Below are positions 10,549 through 20,000 of a DNA stretch of 20,000 nucleotides, piece after piece; the stretch's first letter is position 1, and the number at the start of each line of letters is the position of its first letter. The notes beneath the pieces were generated by a model. It ran no database searches. It worked only from the letters and a program-made list of their open reading frames with translations, and was not told the origin of the DNA. This DNA comes from Chiloscyllium plagiosum (taxonomy: Eukaryota). The stretch spans positions 24,556,398-24,576,397 of the forward strand of contig NC_057718.1 of NCBI RefSeq assembly GCF_004010195.1, read 5' to 3'. Position numbers and translations under genes: made by a program.

Positions 10549-10910
10549 TGTTGGCATTGTCTACATTGGCGAGGACCAGCAGGAATCATGGTGTTGAGGG
10601 CATTTGTAGAGGTGAGATGGCACCAATGAGTGGCGACTTTTGTTCCAGCAGCAGCAGCATGGTGAAGAGGACTTGTGCCTGGCTAGTAGGCTCATGGTGA
10701 AACACTTACCAAGAAGGACTGGAAAGTTGACCACTTTTTGTTTATTTCTTTATTATTCTGCCTTTCTTTCTATGATTTGCTTTTTCTCCCCCCCCCCCCG
10801 TTTTAAGATGGCGCCGGAGCGTGGTGACACTATACAACACTTTTCATTTTATTTTGTAGCAGAACACACATGACAGTAAATAAATCCAATCAAATCAATT
10901 CAAGTCAATT
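10549..10910 (+). mobile_element. Probable 3' end of another non-LTR retroposon (family unassigned; Rex/Babar- or L2-like tail)
   Basis: It ends in CAACACTTTTCA...CATGACAGTAAATAAATC plus a degenerate (AATCA)n tail. No coding homology recognised. Confidence 0.45.
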
Positions 10911-11540
10911 CCCTCCGCGTGACATCAAGACATTAGACCCCAAAAGGCTATGGGCCCTGACAACACTCTGGCAACAGTACTGAAGATTCTAGAACCAGCT
11001 ACCCCACAGGCTAAACTGCTCCAGTTTAATTACATCTCCAACTATCCAACAAGGTGAAATCTTGCCTAGCTAGGTCCTGTGCACAGAAAGCAGGACAAAT
11101 CCAATCCAGCCAATGACCACCCTGTCAGTATACTGTCCATTATCAGCAATATGCTGTAAGGGATTGTCAACAGTGCTATCAAGTAGTACTTGCTCAGCAA
11201 CAAACTCCTCACTTACGCCCAATGTGGGTTCGACTAAAGCCATTCATGTACTGACCTCATTAAAATCTTGGTCCAATCATGGACTAAAAGAGCTGAACCC
11301 CAGAGATAAGGTGTAAGTGACTTTTCTTAATAGCAAGGCTACATTCACTTGCACGGCTTCAACAAGCTCCTAGGAAAATTGGAATCAATTGGAATCATGG
11401 GAAAGTTGCTAGTTGGAATCATACCTGACACATAGAAAGATGGTTGCAATCATGGGAGGTCAGTCATCTCTGCACCAGGACATCTCTGCAGGAGTTTCTC
11501 TGAGTTGTGTCTCTACCCAAAACATCTTCAGCTGCATTCA

Positions 11541-11880
11541 GTGAAAGGCAGAGCCCTTAGGAATATTGATCTGGGTGTGTAGGTCTACAGATCACTGAAG
11601 GCGGCAATGCAGGTAGATAAGGTCGTAAAAAAGGCTTATGTCAGGCTTGCCTTCATTGAAAGGAGCATTGAGTATAAGGATAGACAAGTTGTGCTGCACC
11701 TTTATAGAACTTTAGTTAGGCCACACTTGGAATATTGCATATAATTCTGGTCACAACACTACCTGAAGGATGTGGATGTTTTGGAGAGGGTACAAAAAAG
11801 GTTAAGCAGGATTTTGCCTGGTATGGGGGATTTTAGCTATGAAGAAAGATTGGATAGACTGGGTTTGATTTCACTGGAAC
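11541..11880 (+). mobile_element. CR1 ORF2 C-terminal fragment
   Basis: LHLYRTLVRPHLEYCI*FWS...DVLERVQKRLSRILPGMGDFSYEERLDRLGLISLE. Confidence 0.85.
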
Positions 11881-12169
11881 CGTCTACAAGATTAATGGCA
11901 ACAGCTCACCATTGCTCCTCTGACAGAATCTTTGAAACCAGCAACATCTACCATCAAAAAATGCAAACACATGGGAGCACCAACATCTGCAAATTGACCC
12001 CCAAGCCACCCACTGTCCTGATTGGGAAATATGTGGCCACTTGATCAGTGTTACTGGATTAAAATCACTGAACTACCTCTCAAACAGCATTGTGGGTACA
12101 CCCCAACCACAAGGACTGCAGTGGTTCAAGAAGGCAGCTCGCTAGTGGCTTCTTGAGGGCAATTGGGAT

Positions 12170-12996
12170 GTGGAATGGCAGATGGAGTTTAATTCAGATA
12201 AATGCGAGGTGCTGCATTTTGGGAAAGCAAATCTTAGCAGGACTTATACACTTAATGGTAAAGTCCTAGGGAGTGTTGCTGAACAAAGAGACCTTGGAAT
12301 GCAGGTTCATAGCTCCTTGAAAATAGAGTTGCAGGTAGATAGGATAGTGAAGAAGGTGTTTGGTATGCTTTCCTTTATTGGTCAGAGTACTGAGTATAGG
12401 AGTTGGGACGTCATATTGCGGCTGTACAGGACATTGGTTAGGCCACTTTTGGAATATTGTGTGCAATTCTGGTCTCCCTCCTATTGGACGGACGTTGTGA
12501 AACTTGAAAGAGTTCAGAAAAAATTTACAAGGATGTTGCCAGGGTTGGAGGATTTGAGCTAAAGAGAGAGGTTGAATAGGTTGGCGTTGTTTTCCCTGGA
12601 GTGTTGGAGGCTGAGGGGTGACCTTATAGAGGTTTATAAAATTGTGACAGGCATGGATAGGGTAAATAGACAAAATTTTATCTCTGGGGTGGGGGAGTCC
12701 AGAACTAGAGGGCATAGGTTTAGGGGAAAGATATACAAGGGACCTAAGGGGCTACTTCTTCATGCAGAGGCTGGTGCGTGTATGGAATGAGCTGCCAGAG
12801 GAAGTGGTGGAAGCTGGTACAATTGCAACATTTAAAAGGCATCTGGATGGGTATATGAATAGGAAGGGTTTGGAGGGATAAGGGCCAGGCGCTGGCAGGT
12901 GGGAGTAGATTGGGTTGGGATATCTGGTCAGCATGGACGAGTTGGACCGAAGGGTCTGTTTCCGTGCTGTATATCTCCATGACTCTCTGACTCTAT
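12170..12996 (+). mobile_element. Young 5'-truncated CR1 LINE with TSD
   Basis: ORF2 C-terminus EWQMEFNSDKCEVLHFGK...RLRGDLIEVYKI, the tail CCATGACTCTCTGACTCTAT, and flanking repeats AATTGGGAT (12161-12169) and AATTAGGAT (12997-13005). Confidence 0.93.
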
Positions 12997-13905
12997 AATT
13001 AGGATAGGCAATAAATGGTGATATAACCAGCGATGCCCACATGCTCTGAAGGAATTTGTAAAAAAAGGGGCAAGGATGACTGGTATGCCAGTTTCAACAA
13101 CCCATTATGATTTATTGAGACCTGGGAAAGATCCTGCCCCCAGAAGATATGCTAAATGGGACTTAAAGAGAGTCACTTGTGATTTTTCAGAAATGCTTTA
13201 ATTTCCCAATGCAATGAAGGTGACAGATGGCTTTGGTGTAAATGTTATATGGGCTGATCTGAAGCTGTAACGATATCTTTGACATTTGACAGCAAATATT
13301 GTTTTATTGAAGCTATTAGATTTAATGAAACAATATAACAGCAAAGGGGAAGAAAACAAGGGTTTTGGTAATCCATATTAAAGCAGATGAAAGTTCAGAA
13401 AAAGGTAAAAAAAACTAGAAAAGTAACAGGAAAAATGATTCAACCCAGGTAAATTCTAAATTGAACATTTAGAAAGTAACACGTTTGTTGACACCAATGC
13501 TTCATTGATGCTCTCCAAATGCACATGTTCATTGCCATTATTTCTGTTACATGTGCATAATATTATGCTAATTTTTAAAAATTAAAAGAAATCCTACTTT
13601 GGTTAGCACCTTATTTTTATTATAACATTTACCTTTTGTTTTCATCTTTAGATATTTGTCACTCTTTTTTAAAAATTACATTTCTTAGTGACATCACTGC
13701 TAGTGCACATGCTCCTGGGTATCAGCAAACACAACCTTTAGAAAAAGTAAGTGTTTTAATATCAGTATTTCACCACTGGTCAATACTAACAAGTGATCTG
13801 AATGTGAAGAGGAAGATTTTATCAGTTATGTGTGATTTTAATATTTAGGGTTTGCTAATTTGTGCATAGGAAGAATTCTTTCACTAGAAAATTTCCAATA
13901 CATAC

Positions 13906-14031
13906 CGTAAGTTTTCAGAGCTGAATTCAGACTCCACGAACTTAAGAAACTGTTCCCTCCCTACAGGATCTTTTAAAACTTCATCGATGCAGAAACCCCA
14001 TCGCTTTACTCTCTGTGCATATGGTTCTTTA
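13906..14031 (-). CDS. RGS7: RGS7 coding exon (start of the RGS domain), 126 bp
   Basis: The minus strand reads gattgcag|T AAA GAA...AAC TTA CG|gtatgt and translates (S)[41 protein letters not shown](R). The phase fits the previous exon (AG+T = Ser). Confidence 0.97.
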
Positions 14032-14245
14032 CTGCAATCACAAGGGATGAAAATTTTAACAGCTGGTAACAGATACAGCAAGTTTTACTGGTGTTTCAGA
14101 TCAAATAATAATATCAGATTGTAACTTTAGTCAATAAATGAATTTTAGTCAATAAATTCTTCTGAAATGTGATGACATTTTATGTTTTCAAATGTTAAAA
14201 GGATTCTGCACCAGGAATTTACTGCAGATAACTAAGAACTAAGTA

Positions 14246-14478
14246 CAGGTCATTCTGGTATAATGTGATAGCTGTGTTCCTCTGCAACCTCGCGCTATAT
14301 AACATTGCGCTATGGAAAACCGCCATAGAAAATCGTGCTGCAGAAGATTGCTAATTGAAAATCACTATACTCTGTTCAATAGAAAGTTTGCATTATCCAA
14401 ACAGCATCCACAATTTGTCAATCGTGTTATAACCAATTTGCGCTGATGAAAATTTGCATGTTATAGCAGACTGACCTG
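14246..14478. mobile_element. Non-autonomous Tc1/mariner-pogo (Tigger-like) MITE
   Basis: The left TIR CAGGTCATTCTGGTATAA matches the reverse complement of the right end, CAGGTCAGTCTGCTATAA. It is flanked by TA (14244-14245) and TG (14479-14480) and has internal CGCTAT-type repeats. Confidence 0.8.
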
Positions 14479-14619
14479 TGGTCAAGGTTTATTTCTCAAG
14501 GTAGTAGTCACTACGAGATAGTTGCAACACGCCATTCCATTTACTTGCTGTTTTTATCAAATGGTGAAACCTAATCACTACTAAAACTATGTGTAATTAG
14601 TGGTCATAAACATGAAGTA

Positions 14620-14900
14620 GGGAGACCTTGTGGTGCAGTCAGTAGTATTCCTTACCTCTGAGCTAGTGTTTCCAGGGACACTCTAAGAATTGAGAATCAA
14701 GACAAGTGTGTTTGCAAGTATGGCCAAATTAGTTGAGTATCAACTTGTAAATCCTTCCAATGCACACAAATGACAGGTAACAAGAGCAGGGGAGATTCCT
14801 TGTCAGCCAGGTAATAGAAAGAAATTGCAGTCTTCACCATCACTACTCATAGTTTCAGGATATAACATGCGAATGAATGCCACAGCAACTCAGATGCTTT
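14620..14900 (+). mobile_element. Degraded tRNA-headed SINE or retroposon
   Basis: The head CCTTGTGGTGCAGTCAGTAGTATTCCTTACCTCTGAGC matches the 4986-5091 element. The 3' boundary is uncertain. Confidence 0.45.
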
Positions 14901-15173
14901 GGATGGCTGGTGCACACCAGATTGAAGTCAACAGCAGAGTGTTTATTGCTTGTTCAAACCAAGGTGGATTTGGGATCTGCCTCCTTGCCCTACCTGTGGA
15001 GGTGCTAATGTAGCTGTGTATCAGAAATGCCTTTGAGCAGAAAATCCCATTAAAAAGTAACTTTATTATCATTTTGTATTTTTTTCAGTGATTTGATTCA
15101 AGTTGGCCATGCACCACTTTCGGTGTATTCAAGAGCAGTATGTTTCCCAATTTGGATTTATAGACTTACAGAA

Positions 15174-15501
15174 GGGGCGGCACGGTGGCTCAGTGGTTAG
15201 CACTGCAGCTTTACAGTGCCAGTGAACCTGGTTTCAATTGCAGCCTCAGGCAGCCATCTGTGTAGGGTTTGCACATTCTCCCCGTGGCTGCATGGGTGTC
15301 CTCTGGATGCTCCAGTTTCCTCAGACAATGCAAAGATGGGCAGGTTAAGTGGATTGGCCACTAAATTGCCTGTAGTGTTAGGTGCATTAGTCAGGGGAAG
15401 TATAGAGAAGTACAGGTCTGGGTGGGTTACTCTTTGGAGGGTGGGTGTGGACTTGCTGGGCTGAAGGGTCTGTTTCCACACTGTTGGGATTCTAGGTTCT
15501 A
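15174..15501 (+). mobile_element. tRNA-derived V-SINE (HE1-like)
   Basis: It has the head GGGGCGGCACGGTGGCTCAGTGGTTAGCACTGC, the V core GTTTGCACATTCTCCCCGTG and the 3' end GAAGGGTCTGTTTCCACACTGT..ATTCTAGGTTCTA. It aligns with 3685-3970. A possible TSD AGAA lies at 15170-15173 and 15502-15505. Confidence 0.92.
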
Positions 15502-16339
15502 AGAATGTTATAGCCTAAAGGGAGGCCATTTTCTGAAAGAGATATCCACTTAATATCTTTCGTCTTGCCTCTCCCCATAACTATATATTATTAAATATTT
15601 ATTCTTTCATTATTTATCCACATCTGTCTTAAAGCCCATTATTGATTTGTTTCTGGTGCAGCAATTGATGTTGCAACACTTCTATGCATAAAGAATTAGT
15701 AGTAAATTGTTCTCCTTTGTGTTTTGGTGATCTTCAATTGATGCCCTCTCTTTACTAATCAAAGAAGAGTGAAGATTATCTTTCTTCTTCTCCTTATTCA
15801 TCAAAACATCCTTAGTTCTGAACAACTCTACTATTTTTCTTCTTTGTTGTTGTAATGAAAAGAGCTCTTTTTAAAAAATTTGTCATCATAATTATATCAC
15901 CCCATCCATGGCACTTTGGAACCCATGAAAGGAAAAAGGTCAATTACAAGAGGCTGGAGAAGCTGCGTTGATTAAGACAATGAGATGTGATACAATGCAA
16001 GAGGTGTGAAGTTTGACCATTTATCCTGAGCTCCAATTTGTAGCTCACACCAAAAGACTTGTGCATTTCTAATCAATTGGTGTAAAGAACCTGACAGCAT
16101 TTTTAAGCAACAAGTATTATTCCACAAGCACTTCTATAATTTTCTTAGAACTACAGATGTAGACCATTCATGAAATCAGGTGCACGCATTTGAAGAATTA
16201 AAATCTCAGTGCTATCTGCATGATTGTAAATGAATGCTGAGCAAACTGATGGCACAGTTTAAACATGATCTTTGACTCATTCAGGTGTTCCAATGTTGCA
16301 CTATTGCTTTGATGGCTGGATGTCATTCCTGCTGTTAAC

Positions 16340-16492
16340 CCTCTTGCTTTATCTAATCTAGGGGTCAGCACTGATATTCATTGGTTTACCTGCAACATTG
16401 GCTGGAGTCTTTTGTCACCAGCAAGTCCTGAAGTGGGATTTGAAACCAGAACCTCCTGGCTCATAGGAGGAAGAGCTACCCATGGAACCACT
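16340..16492 (-). mobile_element. Degraded tRNA-derived SINE head
   Basis: The reverse complement reads GTGGTTCCATGGGTAGCTCTTCCTCCTATGAGCCAGGAGGTTCTGGTTTCAAATCCCACTTCAGGACTTG, with A/B-box-like spacing. Confidence 0.5.
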
Positions 16493-16937
16493 CAGCATCT
16501 ATGGCATTTAACATCTGCTTCTCGTCATTGGGCATTTCAATGACTTTAATTATAATTGCATTTCTTTCTTCAAACATCGGTTAAAAGCAGAATTTAAGTA
16601 GGTTCAAAATCAGCTGTTATTGACGATCAAGCATGTCCATGTTAACTACTTCCATTATTTGAATTCTCAGTTGAAGATCCAGCAACATTTAAGAAATTCT
16701 ACCCTAGGCTTAGGCCACCACATAACAGAACATGGACAGAAAGAAGTATAGAGGCAAACATTTATTTTCCCCATTGGAGAATCATTGGGGTACCCCTGGC
16801 ATCAAGCAGATTTTCAGAAATGGTTCTGATAGTCTCATTTTTCCTATCTGTAATTGAAGGATTTATCAGCCCTTCCAAAGAACTCATGCAGACATGAGGA
16901 GGATCTCCTTCTGTGATTATACAATTCTAACCACACA

Positions 16938-17188
16938 TTTAAGACAAGATTGAAATTTGGTGGAATTTCTTCTCTCAGGTGGGAGTGAATGTGTGGAATG
17001 CGTTAATGCAGAGAGCTGTCAGGGCTGGGTTGTTAAGGATATTCAAGGATGAGAGAGACAGTTTATAATCAGTAATAGAATAAAGGATTTTAGGGAAAGG
17101 GAAGAAAATGGAGTTGAAGGTTATCAGATCGTATTGAATGGCAGATGGGCCAAATGGCCTGTTTCTGCTTCTAAGTCTTATAGTCTAA
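16938..17188 (+). mobile_element. Degraded CR1 3' end
   Basis: Remnant NFFSQVGVNVWNALMQRAVRAG, then the 3' terminus GATGGGCCAAATGGCCTGTTTCTGCTTCTAAGTCTTATAGTCT. Confidence 0.75.
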
Positions 17189-17439
17189 CCAGATTGATAT
17201 ATAGACCACAGATTCTTTACCACATATTTTGTAACTACACCCCAAACCTTCTCTGTCATCTCACAATCAGTCTGAAAATAAAAAGTAGAATTAATATTTG
17301 GGAATCTCAGTCTCTCATGTTATCAGAATTAAAATTTTATCCAGATACCCAGTGAGACAATTGCAGTCTTTGGAGTTTTCTTCACAGGATGAATTATTTC
17401 TGTATTACATAGACATCACTAAATAGTTTAATAAAACAA

Positions 17440-17668
17440 ACTACTGCAGATACCAGAGATCTGAAATAAAAACACAAAGTTGGAGAAACTTAGCAGGTCT
17501 GGCAGCATTTAGGGAGAGGGAAACAGAGTTAACATTTCAAGTACAATATGTCTGTTCACCAGAATTTTGGATTCCAGAGACAGTAATGTTGGACTCGAAA
17601 TGTAAACTCTGCTTTTCTCTCCACTTCTACCAGACCTGTGAGTTTTTCTAGAACCATCTGTTTTTATT
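17440..17668. mobile_element. Inverted pair of Penelope-like terminal-repeat fragments
   Basis: The minus copy at 17440-17564 reads, as reverse complement, TTCTGGTGAACAGACATATTGTACTTGAAATGTTAACTCTG...CCAGACCTGCTAAGTTTCTCC. It abuts a plus copy at 17571-17668 (GGACTCGAAATGTAAACTCTG...CCAGACCTGTGAGTTTTTC...TGTTTTTATT). Confidence 0.68.
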
Positions 17669-18206
17669 ACCACTAGTACTTTCTTAGTTTTCCAACAGTT
17701 TTGGGTATTGAAAAATCACTGATATATTTTTGATCCCACTTTTTAACAGTGTGTAATATGCATCAAATAAAATTCAATTTCTAACAAGTAAATTAGAAAC
17801 TTAGAAATCTATTAGTTGCATTAAAGAGGTAAGAATATTATGTTTTCTGTTGTGTTAAAGTGGTAAGAAGATAATGATTTTTTTCAAGATAATGATAATT
17901 ATAATGATATAATCAGCTCAATATTATGTAAAGGATTGATTTGTATACTTTGCAGTTAAACTGGTCTAGTTTTCCTGACACATTAACATCAGCAAACTTA
18001 AAAGCGTACGCAAAGCACTCAGACATAATTGCAGACATTAGCTGCTTAGTTCCAATGGAATGCCCTATGGAAAAGCATTTAAACACTGCTGGAACTGGAT
18101 TCAGTTTCGATCTGTGACAATTCACCACTTGTTCTTGACTTCCCCAGATGCACACAAACTTAAATTGGTACAAACCATTACTGTGCAGTAATTTGAAAGT
18201 AGAGTA

Positions 18207-18382
18207 CAGAGGAACCTCAATTATCTGATTGTTGATTATCCAAATTTCGGATTATCTAAACAAGATCGCAAGATGCCAATGCTTGGCTAAACTGTGTTAT
18301 CCAGCATTCCATTATCTGAGCATTCGACTATCCAAACAAAATACTCCCTGCCCAAGTCATTCGGATAATCGAGGTTCCTCTG
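18207..18382. mobile_element. Tc1/mariner-pogo (Tigger-like) MITE, 176 bp
   Basis: 22-bp TIRs CAGAGGAACCTCAATTATCTGA and (reverse complement) CAGAGGAACCTCGATTATCCGA differ at 2 positions. TA lies on both sides (18205-18206, 18383-18384), and there are several internal GATTATC repeats. Confidence 0.92.
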
Positions 18383-18614
18383 TAGAATAACCAATCAACA
18401 TATTGAATAACCCAGTACTTCAAAAAACAACAAAAACATCAATATTTAATAACAAAGTTTACTTATTTCTATCTTTATATCACTAACATATATCAAATTC
18501 CTGCCCTAAAACCAGTACATGTTAATAAGCAGTGTAACTTTGGCAGGATTTGTTTGAGGGACAGGTGGGTCATTGTGATTTGCCCCACAAGAATCTTTTA
18601 AGTTATGTTCCTAC

Positions 18615-18670
18615 TTTTATTCATTGTTGAGGGATGTGGGCTTTGCCAGCAAGACCAGTACTTATTGCCA
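18615..18670 (-). mobile_element. 3'-terminal fragment of the old LINE/SINE family
   Basis: GGGATGTGGGCTTTGCCAGCAAGACCAGTACTTATTGCC is the reverse complement of the terminus type seen at 13007-13045. Confidence 0.5.
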
Positions 18671-19055
18671 TGAAGGACAATGAAAAACCGTTTTTGCCTA
18701 CATTCTGTGTTGGCGGACTGAAGAAACAATAGCTGAACCTTGCCACTTATCAGCAGCCTTACCCAGTTTATCCAGATAGTGTGCAATACAGGACAGACGA
18801 GACAAACTCAATACTGCAGCATGAAGAATGCACAGAGGCAGAATGTGATTTTTAATCAAAGGTGTACTGTACAGACATTTTAAAAATTTTTCAAATTTTA
18901 ATAGAAAAACTGGAGTGACCATTGATGTATCATACATATTTAATAATATAAGAAGATGCTGAAGTATTTAAGAATGGAATAGACTCCCTACTTTATGGGC
19001 TACATGACACATTTCTGATGAAAAGAAATAGAAGAAAAATATTTTAACAACTGAC

Positions 19056-19166
19056 CTTGCTTCTAGCTCCCAGAAGGAAATATCATCTGACATCCATGGG
19101 TTTGAAGGTTCAGGAGTTATAAGAAATGGATCAAATTCCATATACTGCTCCGCGTACCCGATCAGA
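19056..19166 (-). CDS. RGS7: RGS7 coding exon (C-terminal part of the GGL domain), 111 bp
   Basis: The minus strand reads ttgtctttag|T CTG ATC...GAA GCA AG|gtcag and translates (S)[36 protein letters not shown](S). This matches the R7-RGS GGL motif DPF..P.PSNPW.SDD..FWELEAS. It is missing from the ORF track. Confidence 0.95.
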
Positions 19167-19442
19167 CTAAAGACAAAGTAGAAAGTTTCTGTGACAAAAA
19201 CATGCCTTGGTATGCTTTAACAGTAAGGGCAGTATTTTCTGAATAAAGGCCTACATTTCTGACAAATAGTAGATTCAAACCAAGATGGCAGCTGTACATC
19301 AATTGTCACTGCGAAATCTAACAATCTAGAAGAAATAAATATCCTAATCATAATGCACCTACAGCAGGAACAAAAACACCTGAATTGCCTCTTCTTTGTT
19401 CAGAATGCAGCAGATTTCATATGCCCCCCCGCAGGGGCAGAC

Positions 19443-19547
19443 AATGGAGTACTAATAATATTACTGGATGAGTAACCAGCAGCCCAGAGTAATGCTCTGA
19501 AAATATGGGTTTAATCCCCTCAGAGCAACTGAGAAATTTGAATTAGT
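19443..19547 (+). mobile_element. Degraded SINE-like head
   Basis: TTACTGGATGAGTAACCAGCAGCCCAGAGTAATGCTCTG...ATGGGTTTAATCCC...GAAATTTGAATT contains a B-box-like motif. Recognised only as resembling a shark SINE head. Confidence 0.4.
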
Positions 19548-19611
19548 CGAGTCATCATGGTATGATTATTGCAGTCCTTAATTGACAATGGACAGGGTGT
19601 GATTCTTTAAC

Positions 19612-19677
19612 TTATTTCAATCATGGGACATAGGCATCACTGGCTGGCCAGCATTTATTGCCCATCTCTAGCTGCCT
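19612..19677 (-). mobile_element. 3'-terminal fragment of the old LINE/SINE family
   Basis: TCATGGGACATAGGCATCACTGGCTGGCCAGCATTTATTGCCCATCTCTAGCTGCC is the reverse complement of the reconstructed 12157-12169 plus 13006-13045 terminus. Confidence 0.7.
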
Positions 19678-20000
19678 TTTCTCAGCAGAGAGCGGCGCGA
19701 GCTGGGCAGAAGTGAGGTTGGAGCGCAGAGCTGGTCGGGAAGGTAAGTGATTGATATTTGAGTGGGTGTGCTCTATATCCCAGGCCCTACATAGTAGGGC
19801 CTCCCTCCCATCCTCCTCCTCTAACCTAACTTTAAAGTTCACAGGTAAGCTACTCAGTGTTCTTGCTTTGGAGACGAAGTGGAGTAATGGCAGTGGAATG
19901 TTCCTCCTGCAGGATGTTTGAGGTAGGGGTGACCACCGATATTCCTGCCGACTTCATCTGCAGGAAATGCAGTCAGATTCTGCTCCTCACAGAACGAGTT
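19678..20000 (+). mobile_element. 5' end of a CR1 LINE: GC-rich 5' UTR and ORF1 start (runs off the window)
   Basis: The ATG at 19887 opens MAVECSSCRMFEVGVTTDIPADFICRKCSQILLLTERV, which stays open to 20000. The CxxC-x16-CxxC zinc finger is typical of the CR1 ORF1 N-terminus. Confidence 0.82.

Larger units (their letters stand above)
10911..13060 (+). mobile_element. Old CR1/L2-group LINE (third family), fragmented and interrupted by 11541-11880 and 12170-12996
   Basis: Decayed RT motifs KAMGPDN, PVHRKQDKSNPAN.HPVSILSIIS and SAGVS.SCVS.QNIFSC. The 3' part runs 11990-12169, and the terminus GGCAATAAATGGTG..CCAGCGATGCCCACATG lies at 13007-13045. Confidence 0.75.

Noticed and set aside
10194..12996. 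Treating 10194-10548 and 12170-12996 as one interrupted CR1
   Set aside because: The central RT segment between them is missing, and the 12170 copy has its own TSD within the older element's 3' end.
14126..14157. 14-bp direct repeat TTTAGTCAATAAAT
   Set aside because: A small local tandem duplication with no sign of function.
1..20000. CRISPR array, retron or other prokaryotic RT system
   Set aside because: There is no regular repeat-spacer array or operon structure. All RT motifs belong to CR1-group LINEs in spliceosomal introns.

Overview
Eukaryotic genomic DNA, most likely from a cartilaginous fish (inferred from HE1-type V-SINEs and shark-like CR1 LINE tails). It lies inside a minus-strand RGS7 gene. 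Three coding exons (19056-19166, 13906-14031, 803-989) have canonical AG/GT boundaries and splice in frame into the end of the GGL domain and most of the RGS domain. The introns are full of mobile elements: several CR1 LINE families (some nested three deep, one with an intact 5' end and ORF1 start), two V-SINEs, other tRNA-derived SINE fragments and two TA-flanked Tc1/pogo-type MITEs. There are also at least five short Penelope-like terminal-repeat fragments carrying minimal hammerhead-ribozyme motifs. The best preserved is a 128-bp insert with a perfect 16-bp target-site duplication, lying 19-34 nt from an RGS7 splice acceptor. Almost all ORFs in the supplied track are LINE remnants or spurious. 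Family names come from my recollection of consensus features, not from database searches.
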